Source: an uncultured Alphaproteobacteria bacterium (GTDB taxonomy: Bacteria; Pseudomonadota; Alphaproteobacteria; CAAHEQ01; UBA3637). From it: DNA of 55,481 bases. The notes beneath the pieces were generated by a model that saw only the letters and a list, made by a program, of their open reading frames with translations, searched no databases and was not told the origin of the DNA. Position numbers and translations under genes: made by a program. Positions 35,477 to 45,702 of this stretch are shown here, in pieces. The stretch covers positions 1-55,481 of the forward strand of contig CASDQF010000036.1 of the NCBI GenBank assembly GCA_949282845.1. The letters run 5' to 3'. Within the stretch, counting starts at the first letter, position 1. The number at the start of each line of letters is the position of its first letter.

Positions 35477-38284
35477 ATGAAACTTGCTGAATTACTCAAA
35501 GCTGCCCATGTTATAACACCTTTTGAAACAGACATCGATATTCGAGGTATTGCCTCCGACTCGCGAGAAGTAGAAAAAGATTATTTATTTGTAGCTCTTC
35601 CTGGCACAAATGATAATGGCTTAAAATACGTTCCAGATGCAATTGCGAAAGGAGCGGCGGCTATTTTAACACAAGAAACAATCGAAGCATCTGTTCCCGT
35701 CTTTCAAACGAAACACATTTATGAAGCCTTATCTACAATGTGTGTATTATTTTATGAACCTCATCCGGGAACACTTGTCGCTGTTACGGGAACCAACGGC
35801 AAAACATCGACTGTTTTTTTTACACGACAAATTTTTGAACACGCAGGCTTTTTAGCAGCCAGCATGGGGACTTTAGGAGTTCAATCTAAAAATTTTCACT
35901 CTTATAGCGGAATGACCACGACAGGTTCCGTACACCTAAATCAAGATTTGCAAGCCTTAGCTGAAAACGGAATTACACATGTCGCTATGGAAGCATCCAG
36001 CCACGGCTTAGAACAACATCGGCTGGATGGATTGACTTTTAAAGCTTCTGCTTTTACAAACCTGACACGTGATCATTTGGATTATCATCTAACGATGGAA
36101 GCCTATCTTGAGGCAAAGTTAAAACTCTTTACACAACTGACAAGTGAAATTGCGGTTTTAAACGCTGATGTGCCGGAATATGAAACAATTAAAAATGTTT
36201 GTATTAACAAAGGATTACGCGTTTTTAGTTATGGGAAAAACGGAGATGAAATCCGTCTGCTTTCACAAGCTTTACACGAAACAGGACAAGAATTAAGCTT
36301 TGAACTATTTGGACATGTTTACACGGTTGATGTTCCTGTTGCCGGACATTTTCAAGGAATGAATATTCTGGCGGCATTAGGTCTTGCTATTGGTGCCGGA
36401 GTAGACAATGAAAAAGCTGTTGAAGCTCTAAAAACGCTTAAAAGTCCTGATGGACGAATGGAATTAGTGGGGCGCACGAAAAAAGGCGCATCTATTTTTG
36501 TCGATTATGCTCATACTCCGGACGGTTTGAAAACGGCTTTAAAGTCTCTCCGCTATCATACGCAGGGCAAATTAAGTGTCGTTTTCGGCTGTGGAGGGAA
36601 CAGAGACACGGGGAAACGTCCCATGATGGGAAAAATTGCAACAGATTTAGCCGATACGGTTATTGTGACAGATGATAACCCCCGTTTCGAAGATGCAAAG
36701 CTCATTCGTTCTCAAATTTTAGAAGCAGCTCCTCATGCCATTGAAATTGCTGACAGAGCCAAAGCTATTTTTTATGCTATTTCACACTTAGAGGCTGGGG
36801 ATGTTTTATTACTGGCGGGCAAGGGACACGAAGAAGGACAGCTTATTAATGGTTTTATGCATCCGTTCAATGACAAAATTCAAGCGATTCTCAGTTTAAG
36901 AACTTTAGAAGAAAAACCTCTTTGGACAAGTGATGAATTAATAGAAGCAACTTCAGGAAAGGCTTATAAAACTTTTGTAGGCTACGGTGTTTCCATTGAT
37001 ACACGCACATTGGTCCCCGGAGACATCTTTATCGCGCTCAAGGGAGAACGGCTTGATGGTCACGATTATGTGGCTGAAGCACTTAAAAAAGGAGCTGCCG
37101 CTGCCATAGTCAGCCATGATATCCCGGATGTTCCAGACTCGGCCAAGCTCTTCTTTGTCGTCAACACAGATGAAGCTTTAGAAGATATGGCTCGTTATGC
37201 AATGCGTCATTCTCGGGCCTTAAAAATCGGGATTACGGGCAGTTCAGGGAAAACAACAACAAAAGAAATGCTGGCTTTAGCTTTGAACGGACAAGGGACT
37301 ATTCATGCGACTAAAGGCAACTTAAATAATCAATGGGGTGTTCCTTTAACATTAGCACGTTTACCCCGTCTAACAGACTACGCCATTATTGAAATGGGGA
37401 TGAATCATGCGGGGGAAATGGAATATCTTTCTCATTTAGTTGAACCGGATGTCGCTATGATTACAATGATTGGCTCAGCTCACCATGAGTTTTTCAAAAC
37501 ACTTCAGGATATTGCGGCGGCTAAAGCCGAAATTTTTATTCATATGAATAAATTAGGTACGGTTGTTTTACCTCGAGATTCCGAACATTATGAATTTTTA
37601 CAAACGAAAGTCATGGAATATACGATTGCCCACCAAATTTCTTTTGGGCAAAATCTAGACGCTGATGTTCGCCTTTTAAAGGCAGAACAAACACCGGAAG
37701 GAACATCTGTTTCTGCCAGTGTTATGGGAGAGCTGGTCACATTTTCGCTACAAACGACAGGCATGCATTTTGTTATGAATGCCTTAGGTGTTCTGGCAAT
37801 CATTAAAGCTTTAGGTGCGGATATTAAAAAAGCATGTCAAAATTTATCCAGAATGAAACCGCTCAAAGGACGTGGTGCACAAACTCAAGTATCCGTTGAT
37901 GGCAAACTCATAACTTTTATAGATGACAGCTATAATGCAAATCCCTCATCCATGAAAGCGGCTATTTCCGTTTTGGGGCAAAAACAGGGTCGTAAGCTTG
38001 CTGTTCTAGGAGACATGCTTGAATTAGGTGAGCAATCCAGAACATTGCATACTGCTTTAGCTCAAGATTTGGTCAACCAAAAAGTAGATCGGCTTTATAC
38101 GGTCGGACGAGAAATGCGAGCTTTGTTTGAAGCCGTTCCAGCGGAAATGCGTGGTTGGGCTGCACAAACAGCATTAGAATTGCTTCCTATTCTGAAACAA
38201 GATTTAAAAAATGGAGATGTTGTTTTGTTTAAAGGCTCAAACGGAACAAAAATAAGCCGTTTAGTCGAAGCTCTTCAAAATTAG
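35477..38284 (+). CDS. murE/murF: fused MurE-MurF: UDP-MurNAc-tripeptide synthetase plus UDP-MurNAc-pentapeptide synthetase in one 935-aa ORF
   Basis: Two complete Mur-ligase modules. Module 1 has GTNGKTST..., DDNPR and GKGHE. Module 2 has DTRTLVPGDIFIALKGERLDGHDY, GSSGKTTTKE and DDSYNANP. No stop in between; the junction is near 36890..36930. Confidence 0.9.
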   Translation: MKLAELLKAAHVITPFETDIDIRGIASDSREVEKDYLFVALPGTNDNGLKYVPDAIAKGAAAILTQETIEASVPVFQTKHIYEALSTMCVLFYEPHPGTLVAVTGTNGKTSTVFFTRQIFEHAGFLAASMGTLGVQSKNFHSYSGMTTTGSVHLNQDLQALAENGITHVAMEASSHGLEQHRLDGLTFKASAFTNLTRDHLDYHLTMEAYLEAKLKLFTQLTSEIAVLNADVPEYETIKNVCINKGLRVFSYGKNGDEIRLLSQALHETGQELSFELFGHVYTVDVPVAGHFQGMNILAALGLAIGAGVDNEKAVEALKTLKSPDGRMELVGRTKKGASIFVDYAHTPDGLKTALKSLRYHTQGKLSVVFGCGGNRDTGKRPMMGKIATDLADTVIVTDDNPRFEDAKLIRSQILEAAPHAIEIADRAKAIFYAISHLEAGDVLLLAGKGHEEGQLINGFMHPFNDKIQAILSLRTLEEKPLWTSDELIEATSGKAYKTFVGYGVSIDTRTLVPGDIFIALKGERLDGHDYVAEALKKGAAAAIVSHDIPDVPDSAKLFFVVNTDEALEDMARYAMRHSRALKIGITGSSGKTTTKEMLALALNGQGTIHATKGNLNNQWGVPLTLARLPRLTDYAIIEMGMNHAGEMEYLSHLVEPDVAMITMIGSAHHEFFKTLQDIAAAKAEIFIHMNKLGTVVLPRDSEHYEFLQTKVMEYTIAHQISFGQNLDADVRLLKAEQTPEGTSVSASVMGELVTFSLQTTGMHFVMNALGVLAIIKALGADIKKACQNLSRMKPLKGRGAQTQVSVDGKLITFIDDSYNANPSSMKAAISVLGQKQGRKLAVLGDMLELGEQSRTLHTALAQDLVNQKVDRLYTVGREMRALFEAVPAEMRGWAAQTALELLPILKQDLKNGDVVLFKGSNGTKISRLVEALQN

Positions 38285-38298
38285 GAAAGGGATGAAAC

Positions 38299-39378
38299 AT
38301 GTTGTATTGGCTTTTACTTCCGTTATCTCAAAATTATACAATTTTTAATTTACTCAAATATCAAACTTTCCGTTCAGGAGCGGCACTTTTAACAGCTTTA
38401 ATCATTTGTCTTATCATAGGTCCGCGCTTAATCAAATTTTTAAAATCAAAAAGCAAACAACCGATTCGTAAAGATGGTCCTCAAACGCACCTAAAGAAAG
38501 AAGGAACACCGACAATGGGCGGTCTTATGATTTTAATCAGCTTGTTTGCTTCAGTTCTTTTATGGGCGGATTTAAGGAGCCCCTATGTTTGGATGCTTTT
38601 GATTGTCACCGCCGTCTATGGATTATTAGGTTTCAGAGATGATTATCTAAAAGTCATTAAACATAATCCGGATGGTGTATCCGGCCGTAAAAAACTTTTT
38701 TGGCAATTTATAACGGCGGCTGGATTGGTTTTTTGGATTATGAGTTTAGCTCCGGCAGAAATGGCAACGGAATTAGCTTTTCCTTTTTTTAAAAATCTCT
38801 TTTTAAATTTAAGTGTTTTTTATCTATTTTTTGGAGCAATTGTCATTGTCGGTTCTTCTAATTCAGTCAACTTAACAGACGGTTTAGATGGCCTCGTTTC
38901 CGTTCCGCTCATTATGGCGAATTTAGCTTTTGTTATTATTGTTTATGTTTGCGGCAATGCTATTTTTGCTAATTATCTGCAAATTCCTTATGTTCCTGGT
39001 ATCGGAGAAATGACGATTTTTGGCTGTGCCGTTATTGGTGCTGTCCTTGGTTTTTTATGGTTTAACGCTCCGCCGGCTGAAATTTTTATGGGAGATACCG
39101 GATCTTTAGCTTTGGGAGGCGCATTAGGTACAATGGCTGTGGCAGCTAAACATGAACTGGTTCTGGCCGTCGTAGGAGGCTTATTTGTCATTGAAGCACT
39201 TTCTGACATCATTCAAGTTGGAAGTTATAAAATGCGTAAAAAGCGCGTCTTTTTAATGGCTCCCATTCATCATCATTTTGAAAAAAAAGGATGGCCGGAA
39301 ACAAAAGTTGTTATTCGTTTTTGGATTATTTCAATTGTACTGGCGCTTATAGGTCTTTCTACTTTAAAAATTAGGTAA
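38299..39378 (+). CDS. mraY: phospho-N-acetylmuramoyl-pentapeptide transferase
   Basis: [37 protein letters not shown]. Confidence 0.97.
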   Translation: MLYWLLLPLSQNYTIFNLLKYQTFRSGAALLTALIICLIIGPRLIKFLKSKSKQPIRKDGPQTHLKKEGTPTMGGLMILISLFASVLLWADLRSPYVWMLLIVTAVYGLLGFRDDYLKVIKHNPDGVSGRKKLFWQFITAAGLVFWIMSLAPAEMATELAFPFFKNLFLNLSVFYLFFGAIVIVGSSNSVNLTDGLDGLVSVPLIMANLAFVIIVYVCGNAIFANYLQIPYVPGIGEMTIFGCAVIGAVLGFLWFNAPPAEIFMGDTGSLALGGALGTMAVAAKHELVLAVVGGLFVIEALSDIIQVGSYKMRKKRVFLMAPIHHHFEKKGWPETKVVIRFWIISIVLALIGLSTLKIR

Positions 39379-39380
39379 AA

Positions 39381-40517
39381 ATGAAAATAAAAAAACAACT
39401 TCAAGAAATACGATTTTTTTTAGCAGAATGGTATCGAACTTTAGATACGTGGCTATTATGGTCTATTGCCGGTTTAATTGTTTGCGGAATTTTTTTGACT
39501 TTTTCAGCCAGCCCTGTTGTGGCAGAGCGCGTTTTAAAAACGCAAGACACTTTTTATTTTGTTAAAAAACAACTGTTTTTTTTAATTCCCTCTATCGGGT
39601 TGATGTTAGGCGTTTCAATGTTATCACCCAAACAAATTCGACGACTGGCATTTATTGTTTTTACAGCTTCCTTAATTGCTCTAGTCTTAACCTTAGTTGT
39701 CGGCATGGAAGTTAAAGGGGCAAAGCGATGGCTTTATTTCCCGGGCTTTTCTATTCAACCATCCGAGTTTATGAAACCGGCTTTTGCAGTTATTTGTGCT
39801 TGGATATTTGCTTCTGGTCGTTTGATTGATAAATTCCCTGGTATTCGAATTGCGGGGTGTATTTATCTAACGACAATTATGTTGCTTCTTTTACAACCGG
39901 ATATTGGTCAAACACTCACCATCAGCACGATTTGGGGCTGTCAGTTATTTTTGGCAGGTATTTCTGTTTTATGGGTTATTGCGTTATTGGGAATCGGTAT
40001 CTTTGGCGTTATTGGGACATATTTCATTTTTCCACATGTCCAAAGCCGTATAGATCGTTTTCTTAATCCAGAAACCGGAGATGTTTTCCAAGTTCGCACC
40101 TCATTAGAAGCTTTTCACAATGGCGGCTGGTTTGGACGAGGGCCTGGAGAAGGAATCATTAAAGGAAAATTGCCAGATGCACATACAGATTTTATTTTAG
40201 CGGTTGCAGCAGAAGAGTTCGGATTTTTCCTTTGTGCTTTTTTGATTTTTTTATTTGCCTTTATTATCTTCCGAGGCTTTTTAATCATGAGCAAAGAGAA
40301 AAATCTTTTTAATATGCTGGCTGTTGCTGGACTTTTAACACAATTTGGTGTACAAGCTTTCATTAACATGGCATCGACCCTGAACCTCATTCCGACAAAA
40401 GGAATGACATTACCGTTTATTTCATACGGTGGTTCATCGCTTTTATCTTTGGCGTTCGGGTTCGGAATTATCTTGTCTTTGACAAGACGCCATCCGACAC
40501 AAGGAGGATTGGAATGA
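39381..40517 (+). CDS. ftsW: SEDS-family peptidoglycan glycosyltransferase FtsW
   Basis: IQPSEFMKPAF, DFILAVAAEEFGF, KGMTLPFISYGGSS. About 10 TM helices. Confidence 0.93.
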   Translation: MKIKKQLQEIRFFLAEWYRTLDTWLLWSIAGLIVCGIFLTFSASPVVAERVLKTQDTFYFVKKQLFFLIPSIGLMLGVSMLSPKQIRRLAFIVFTASLIALVLTLVVGMEVKGAKRWLYFPGFSIQPSEFMKPAFAVICAWIFASGRLIDKFPGIRIAGCIYLTTIMLLLLQPDIGQTLTISTIWGCQLFLAGISVLWVIALLGIGIFGVIGTYFIFPHVQSRIDRFLNPETGDVFQVRTSLEAFHNGGWFGRGPGEGIIKGKLPDAHTDFILAVAAEEFGFFLCAFLIFLFAFIIFRGFLIMSKEKNLFNMLAVAGLLTQFGVQAFINMASTLNLIPTKGMTLPFISYGGSSLLSLAFGFGIILSLTRRHPTQGGLE

Positions 40518-41611
40518 AAAAGAAATTGATTGTATTGACAACAGGCGGTTCCGGAGGACATGTTTTTCCCGCAGAAGCTTTAGCGACTGAAATGAAAGGG
40601 AAAGAATATGATCTTGCTTTTATCACAGACAAGCGGATTCAAAACAAAATTCAAGGAACATTAGCAACTTTACCTATTTATTACGTCTGTGCAGAAGCAG
40701 TAACGGGAAAAGGTCTTCTGGGAAAATTAGCCAGTGCTTTTAAACTTTTAACAGGAACCGTTCAATCAATTATTCTCTTAACAAAATTAAAACCCTCTCT
40801 TGTCGTTGGTTTCGGAGGATATGCTTCTATACCTGCAACATTAGCGGCACAATTGCTTCATATTCCGGTTGTCTTACATGAGCAAAATGCTATCTTAGGT
40901 CGAGCTAATCGTCTTCTAGCGCGACGGACTCGTTTAATTGCTACTTCTTTCACTCCGACGCAACTGATACCAGAAGGTATTAGCACTCGACAAACAGGTA
41001 TGCCGGTTCGCCCTCAAATTATGGAAAAGAAAGGAACACCCTATCCGACGGATAAAGATGAATTCCGTTTATTGATTATCGGAGGAAGTCAAGGTGCTCG
41101 AGCTTTTTCAGATATTATCCCAAAAGCCTTAATTAATTTAGCACCTGATTTAAAAGCAAAACTCGTTTTAACACAACAAGTTCGCCCGGAAGACGAAAAC
41201 CGAGTAAAAGAAGAATATCGTAATTCTGGCATTAAAAGTGTTACTTTGTCTTCATTTTTTAATAATATTCCCGAACTTTTATCTAAAGCTCACCTTGTTA
41301 TTTCGCGTTCCGGCTCTTCGAGTCTTGCCGAACTCTCTGCTTTAGGAAGACCCGCTTTACTTATTCCGCTCCCCACTTCAGCTGATGATCATCAAACAGC
41401 CAATGCTCGAGTATGGACTGCGGACGGAAGTGGTTGGCTTATGATTGAGAAAGACACAACACCTGATAAATTATCAAGTCGACTAACAGAACTGATGGAA
41501 AATCCGTTAATTTTACAAAGAGCTGCTGCTTGCGCTCTGGGAAAGAACCAAACTCGGGGAGCAGAAGATTTAGCTGAAACGATTTCGACTATTTTAAAGG
41601 AAAAAGAATGA
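40514..41611 (+). CDS. murG: UDP-GlcNAc:lipid I N-acetylglucosaminyltransferase
   Basis: TGGSGGHVFPA, GGYAS.P, HEQNA, GGSQGA, SRSGSSSLAEL. Confidence 0.96.
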   Translation: MKKKLIVLTTGGSGGHVFPAEALATEMKGKEYDLAFITDKRIQNKIQGTLATLPIYYVCAEAVTGKGLLGKLASAFKLLTGTVQSIILLTKLKPSLVVGFGGYASIPATLAAQLLHIPVVLHEQNAILGRANRLLARRTRLIATSFTPTQLIPEGISTRQTGMPVRPQIMEKKGTPYPTDKDEFRLLIIGGSQGARAFSDIIPKALINLAPDLKAKLVLTQQVRPEDENRVKEEYRNSGIKSVTLSSFFNNIPELLSKAHLVISRSGSSSLAELSALGRPALLIPLPTSADDHQTANARVWTADGSGWLMIEKDTTPDKLSSRLTELMENPLILQRAAACALGKNQTRGAEDLAETISTILKEKE

Positions 41612-43002
41612 GCTATCTTTCGAATAAAACGATTCATTTTATCGGCATTGGCGGAATCGGAATGAGTGCTATTGCCGAATCATTATTACAAATGGGAATT
41701 CATGTTCAAGGTTCAAATAATGTCGAAAATGAACATGTCATTCGTCTGCGTGAAAAAGGTATTCAGGTTTTTATTGGACAACGTGATGGAAGTTGTCTCA
41801 AAAATGCTGATATGGTTGTTATTTCTTCAGCAGTTCCAGAAAACAATCCAGAATTATTGGCTGCAAAAGAAAAAGGCTTACCTATCGGTCATCGTTCAGA
41901 AATGTTGGCAGAATTGTTGCGTTTAAAACAAGGGATTACAGTTGCCGGGACACATGGGAAAACGACAACAACCGCTATGATTGCCGATGTCCTAGAAAAA
42001 GGCGGATTAGAACCTTCTTATATTGTAGGCGGCATTATGAATGTTTGCGGAAGTAATGCTAAAATCGGACGAAGCGACTGGATGGTTGTCGAAGCGGATG
42101 AATCAGACGGTAGTTTTTTGCGCCTGCCTAAAATGATTTCTGTCGTCACAAATATTGACCCGGAACACCTTGATTATTACGGCTCCTTTGAGCAAATGAA
42201 AAAAGCTTTCATTCATTATCTGCAAACCACATCTTTTTATGGATTTTGTGTTGCTTGCTTAGATCATCCCGTTGTCAAAGAAGTCATTGAGCACATTCCA
42301 AACAGACGTATTATTACTTATGGATTGGATAAAGCAGCTGAAATTCATGCCGAAAATATCCATATTGAACCAGGGAAATTGAATTTTGATATTGTAATTA
42401 AAAATGAAATTTTCCCAAACTGGACATTACCCATGTTTGGAACACACAATATTTTAAATGCAATGGTTCCGATTGCCATAGCAAAAGAACTAGGCATGCC
42501 TTTGGAAAAAATAAAAAAAGCTTTATCTTATTTTGATGGCGTTCAACGTCGTTTTACCAAACGCGGGACCTTTAATGGCATAACAATTTACGATGACTAC
42601 GCTCATCATCCTGTAGAAATTGCCGCCGTTTTAAAAGCCGCAAGAGAAGCCGTTGGGACACATCAAGTTGTTGCTATTTTTCAACCACATCGCTATTCTC
42701 GAGCGAAAGATTTGGCGGATGCGTTTGCTCACTGTTTTGAAAAAGCCGATCGTGTTTACGTAACAGATATTTACGCAGCTGGAGAAGCGCCCTTACCAGA
42801 CATTAGCAGAGATATTTTGATTGAGAAGATAAAAGCTTCGGGCCATAAAGGCGCTTTTGCTCTTACAAATAAAAACGAATTAAAAGATATTGTTTTAAAA
42901 CACATGAGTGCCGGTGATTTAATGATTGGTCTTGGCGCGGGAGATATTTCAAAATGGATGAAAGAATTACCGGAAATTTTAAATGAAAGAGAGGCTGTAT
43001 GA
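41608..43002 (+). CDS. murC: UDP-N-acetylmuramate--L-alanine ligase
   Basis: HFIGIGGIGMSAIAE, GTHGKTTTTAM, EADESDGSF, DDYAHHP. Confidence 0.97.
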   Translation: MSYLSNKTIHFIGIGGIGMSAIAESLLQMGIHVQGSNNVENEHVIRLREKGIQVFIGQRDGSCLKNADMVVISSAVPENNPELLAAKEKGLPIGHRSEMLAELLRLKQGITVAGTHGKTTTTAMIADVLEKGGLEPSYIVGGIMNVCGSNAKIGRSDWMVVEADESDGSFLRLPKMISVVTNIDPEHLDYYGSFEQMKKAFIHYLQTTSFYGFCVACLDHPVVKEVIEHIPNRRIITYGLDKAAEIHAENIHIEPGKLNFDIVIKNEIFPNWTLPMFGTHNILNAMVPIAIAKELGMPLEKIKKALSYFDGVQRRFTKRGTFNGITIYDDYAHHPVEIAAVLKAAREAVGTHQVVAIFQPHRYSRAKDLADAFAHCFEKADRVYVTDIYAAGEAPLPDISRDILIEKIKASGHKGAFALTNKNELKDIVLKHMSAGDLMIGLGAGDISKWMKELPEILNEREAV

Positions 43003-43937
43003 TTTTTGATAAATTAAAAAGTTTTTTCATTACCAGAAAGCCTTCATTTACTTTGCCTCGAACCAAAAGTGAAATCAAAAAAAACTTTCCTTTAGCAAAA
43101 AAAACTTGGATGGGTGTTGGTGGTGAAGCTGAATTTTATTTTGAGCCATTTGATGAAAAAGATTTGAGTTTTTTTATAAAAAATAAGCCGGCTTTACCGA
43201 TGACGGTTTTAGGAGGCGGCTCTAATGTCATTATTCGAGATAAAGGCGTTCCGGGGATTGTTGTTCATTTGGGAAAAAGTTTTGCCAATATTACTCGAAA
43301 GGAAAATATTATTACTTGCGGAGCTGGTCTTTTAACAATTGATCTAGCAAAATTTGCGCAAAGAGAAGGATTATCCGGTTTTGAATTTTTATCAGGTATT
43401 CCTGGCTCTGTTGGAGGAGCTCTTCGGATGAACGCAGGAGCCTACGGATCCGAAATAAAAGATATTTTGACATCAATTCGTCTTATTGACGGTAACGGGT
43501 CTATTCAAGAATTTTCGCCTCAACCTGATTTTTTTCAATATCGTCGCAATGCTTTGCCGGATGATTGGATTTTTATAGGGGCCTCTTTCAAAGGAAGTCC
43601 GGCTGAACCGACAATTATTCAAGCGAAAATGGACGAACTGAAGAAGAAAAGAGAAGCGGGTCAACCAACCGGAGTTAAAACATGTGGTTCTACCTTTAAG
43701 AACCCGGAAGGATTAAAAGCTTGGCAATTAATAGATAAAGCTGGTTGTCGAGGTCTTAAAAGAGGAGATGCGATTGTATCGGAAAAACATTCTAATTTTC
43801 TGATTAATCAAGGGAAAGCAACGGCAGAGGATGTAGAGGAACTTGGTGAAGAAGTTCGTCGACGTGTTTTGAAAAAATGCGGTGTCCATCTGGAATGGGA
43901 AGTTAAACGAATTGGTATTCGAGGAGATGAGGAATGA
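42999..43937 (+). CDS. murB: UDP-N-acetylenolpyruvoylglucosamine reductase
   Basis: FAD-binding GGGSNVIIRD, GIPGSVGGALRMNAGAYG, GSTFKNP. Confidence 0.95.
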   Translation: MIFDKLKSFFITRKPSFTLPRTKSEIKKNFPLAKKTWMGVGGEAEFYFEPFDEKDLSFFIKNKPALPMTVLGGGSNVIIRDKGVPGIVVHLGKSFANITRKENIITCGAGLLTIDLAKFAQREGLSGFEFLSGIPGSVGGALRMNAGAYGSEIKDILTSIRLIDGNGSIQEFSPQPDFFQYRRNALPDDWIFIGASFKGSPAEPTIIQAKMDELKKKREAGQPTGVKTCGSTFKNPEGLKAWQLIDKAGCRGLKRGDAIVSEKHSNFLINQGKATAEDVEELGEEVRRRVLKKCGVHLEWEVKRIGIRGDEE

Positions 43938-44857
43938 AAAAAGTAGCTGTCGTTGCTGGCGGAATGTCTTCGGAACGAGAAATATCGTTGATGACGGGAC
44001 AAGGCGTTTTAGAATCTCTGTTAAGACAAGGATACGATGCTTTTTTATTAGAGTTAACGCCTCACATTTTTGACTTTGTTCGGACCTTGGAAAAAGAAAA
44101 ACCGGATGTTATTTTTAATGCGCTTCATGGCCGCTTTGGAGAAGATGGCAACATCCAAGGTTTATTCAATTTGATGCAAATTCCTTATACACATTCAGGT
44201 GTATTAGCTTCTGCTCTGTCAATGAATAAGAAAATGGCAAAGATACTTTTTGAAAAAGAAGGATTACCAGTAGCTGAAGATAAAATCATTACTCTTTTTG
44301 ACTTAAAACAAAAAGAGCATTTACCATATCCGTATGTTATCAAACCTTTAAATGAAGGCTCTTCAGTCGGCGTATACATTATCACAAGCCTTGAAGATGA
44401 AGAAGCTCTTATTAAACGTTGGCCTTTTGGCGGAGCCGCTGTGATGATGGAAGAATATATCCAAGGACGTGAAATGAGTGTTCCTGTTTTAGATGAGAAA
44501 GCGATTGGGGTCGTTGAAATAGCTCCTAAAAAAGGATTTTACACATACGAAAATAAATATCAGGAAGGAAGGACAGATCATTTTATTCCTGCGCCTATTC
44601 CTCAAAAGCAAACAGCTCTTTTAATGGATTATGCTGAACGCGCGCATCGTATTCTAGGTTGCAAAGGAGCTTCCAGAACAGATTTCCGTTATGATGATAC
44701 TCAGCCAGATAAAGAACCTCGTCTTGTTATTTTAGAACTGAATAATCAACCCGGAATGACGGCTCTTTCTTTACTGCCGGAAGTCGCAAAAAAAGCTGGT
44801 ATTTCATATGATGACGTAGTATCATCCTTGGTGGAGGAAGCTGAATGCGAAAAATAA
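43934..44857 (+). CDS. ddl: D-alanine--D-alanine ligase
   Basis: GGMSSEREISL, HGRFGEDGNIQG, P.VIKP..EGSSVGV, ELNNQPGMT. Confidence 0.96.
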   Translation: MKKVAVVAGGMSSEREISLMTGQGVLESLLRQGYDAFLLELTPHIFDFVRTLEKEKPDVIFNALHGRFGEDGNIQGLFNLMQIPYTHSGVLASALSMNKKMAKILFEKEGLPVAEDKIITLFDLKQKEHLPYPYVIKPLNEGSSVGVYIITSLEDEEALIKRWPFGGAAVMMEEYIQGREMSVPVLDEKAIGVVEIAPKKGFYTYENKYQEGRTDHFIPAPIPQKQTALLMDYAERAHRILGCKGASRTDFRYDDTQPDKEPRLVILELNNQPGMTALSLLPEVAKKAGISYDDVVSSLVEEAECEK

Positions 44858-45702
44858 AAAAACAACGAAAGAAAGCTAAACTGACATTTCGTCAATCTGT
44901 CGCGCGAATAGTTAAAATATTTTTCTTTTTTGTTTTTTTATGCCTTATCGGAGCAGGTGTTTGGAGCTTTAAAACAGGCTATCTTCAAGACAAATGGATT
45001 AATGCTCAACTTTTTTTCCATCAAAGTATGGGGAAAGCCGGTTTTTCGGTTGAAGATGTTTTTATTCAAAATCGTGTCAGAACTTCTTTTTCCAGTCTTC
45101 AGAAAGCAATTGCGGTCGACCAAAACATGCCTATGACACAAGTCGATATTCACGCAATGAAAGAACGCATTAAATCCTTACCTTGGGTAAAAGATGTTAT
45201 CATAGAACGAAAGCTTCCCAATCAATTATTCATTCATTTGACCGAAAGACGTCCTATTGCTTTATGGCAAAAAAACGGCCGTCATCACCCCTTAGATGAA
45301 GAAGGAAATGTGATTAATGTTTCTCCGAAAGGATTAGAATATCTACTTATTACGGTCGGAGAAGATGCTCCTCATCATACGCCCGAATTAGTGAACGAAC
45401 TGGTAAAATATCCTGAATTAAACCGTCGCGCTATGTCAGCCATCCGAATCGGAGGTCGACGTTGGAACTTAATTTTAGATAAAGTCGATGATGGCCTTGA
45501 AATTTATTTACCGGAAGACGGCGTTCCAGAAACATTAGAACGTTTGGATCGTTTAAATCGAGAACACGATTTATTAAATCGTCAGCTTAAACGAATTGAT
45601 TTACGATTACCAGACCGCCTTATTGTTCAAACCATTGACAATCGTCCTATTGAACCTTTACGACCAAAGATGAAACCTTTAACAGGAGGACATGATGTCT
45701 AA
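44845..45702 (+). CDS. ftsQ: cell division protein FtsQ
   Basis: N-terminal TM helix, a POTRA-like segment (VEDVFIQNRVRTS...IKSLPWVKDVIIERKLPNQLFIHLTERRPIALW). Canonical position. Confidence 0.88.
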   Translation: MRKIKKQRKKAKLTFRQSVARIVKIFFFFVFLCLIGAGVWSFKTGYLQDKWINAQLFFHQSMGKAGFSVEDVFIQNRVRTSFSSLQKAIAVDQNMPMTQVDIHAMKERIKSLPWVKDVIIERKLPNQLFIHLTERRPIALWQKNGRHHPLDEEGNVINVSPKGLEYLLITVGEDAPHHTPELVNELVKYPELNRRAMSAIRIGGRRWNLILDKVDDGLEIYLPEDGVPETLERLDRLNREHDLLNRQLKRIDLRLPDRLIVQTIDNRPIEPLRPKMKPLTGGHDV

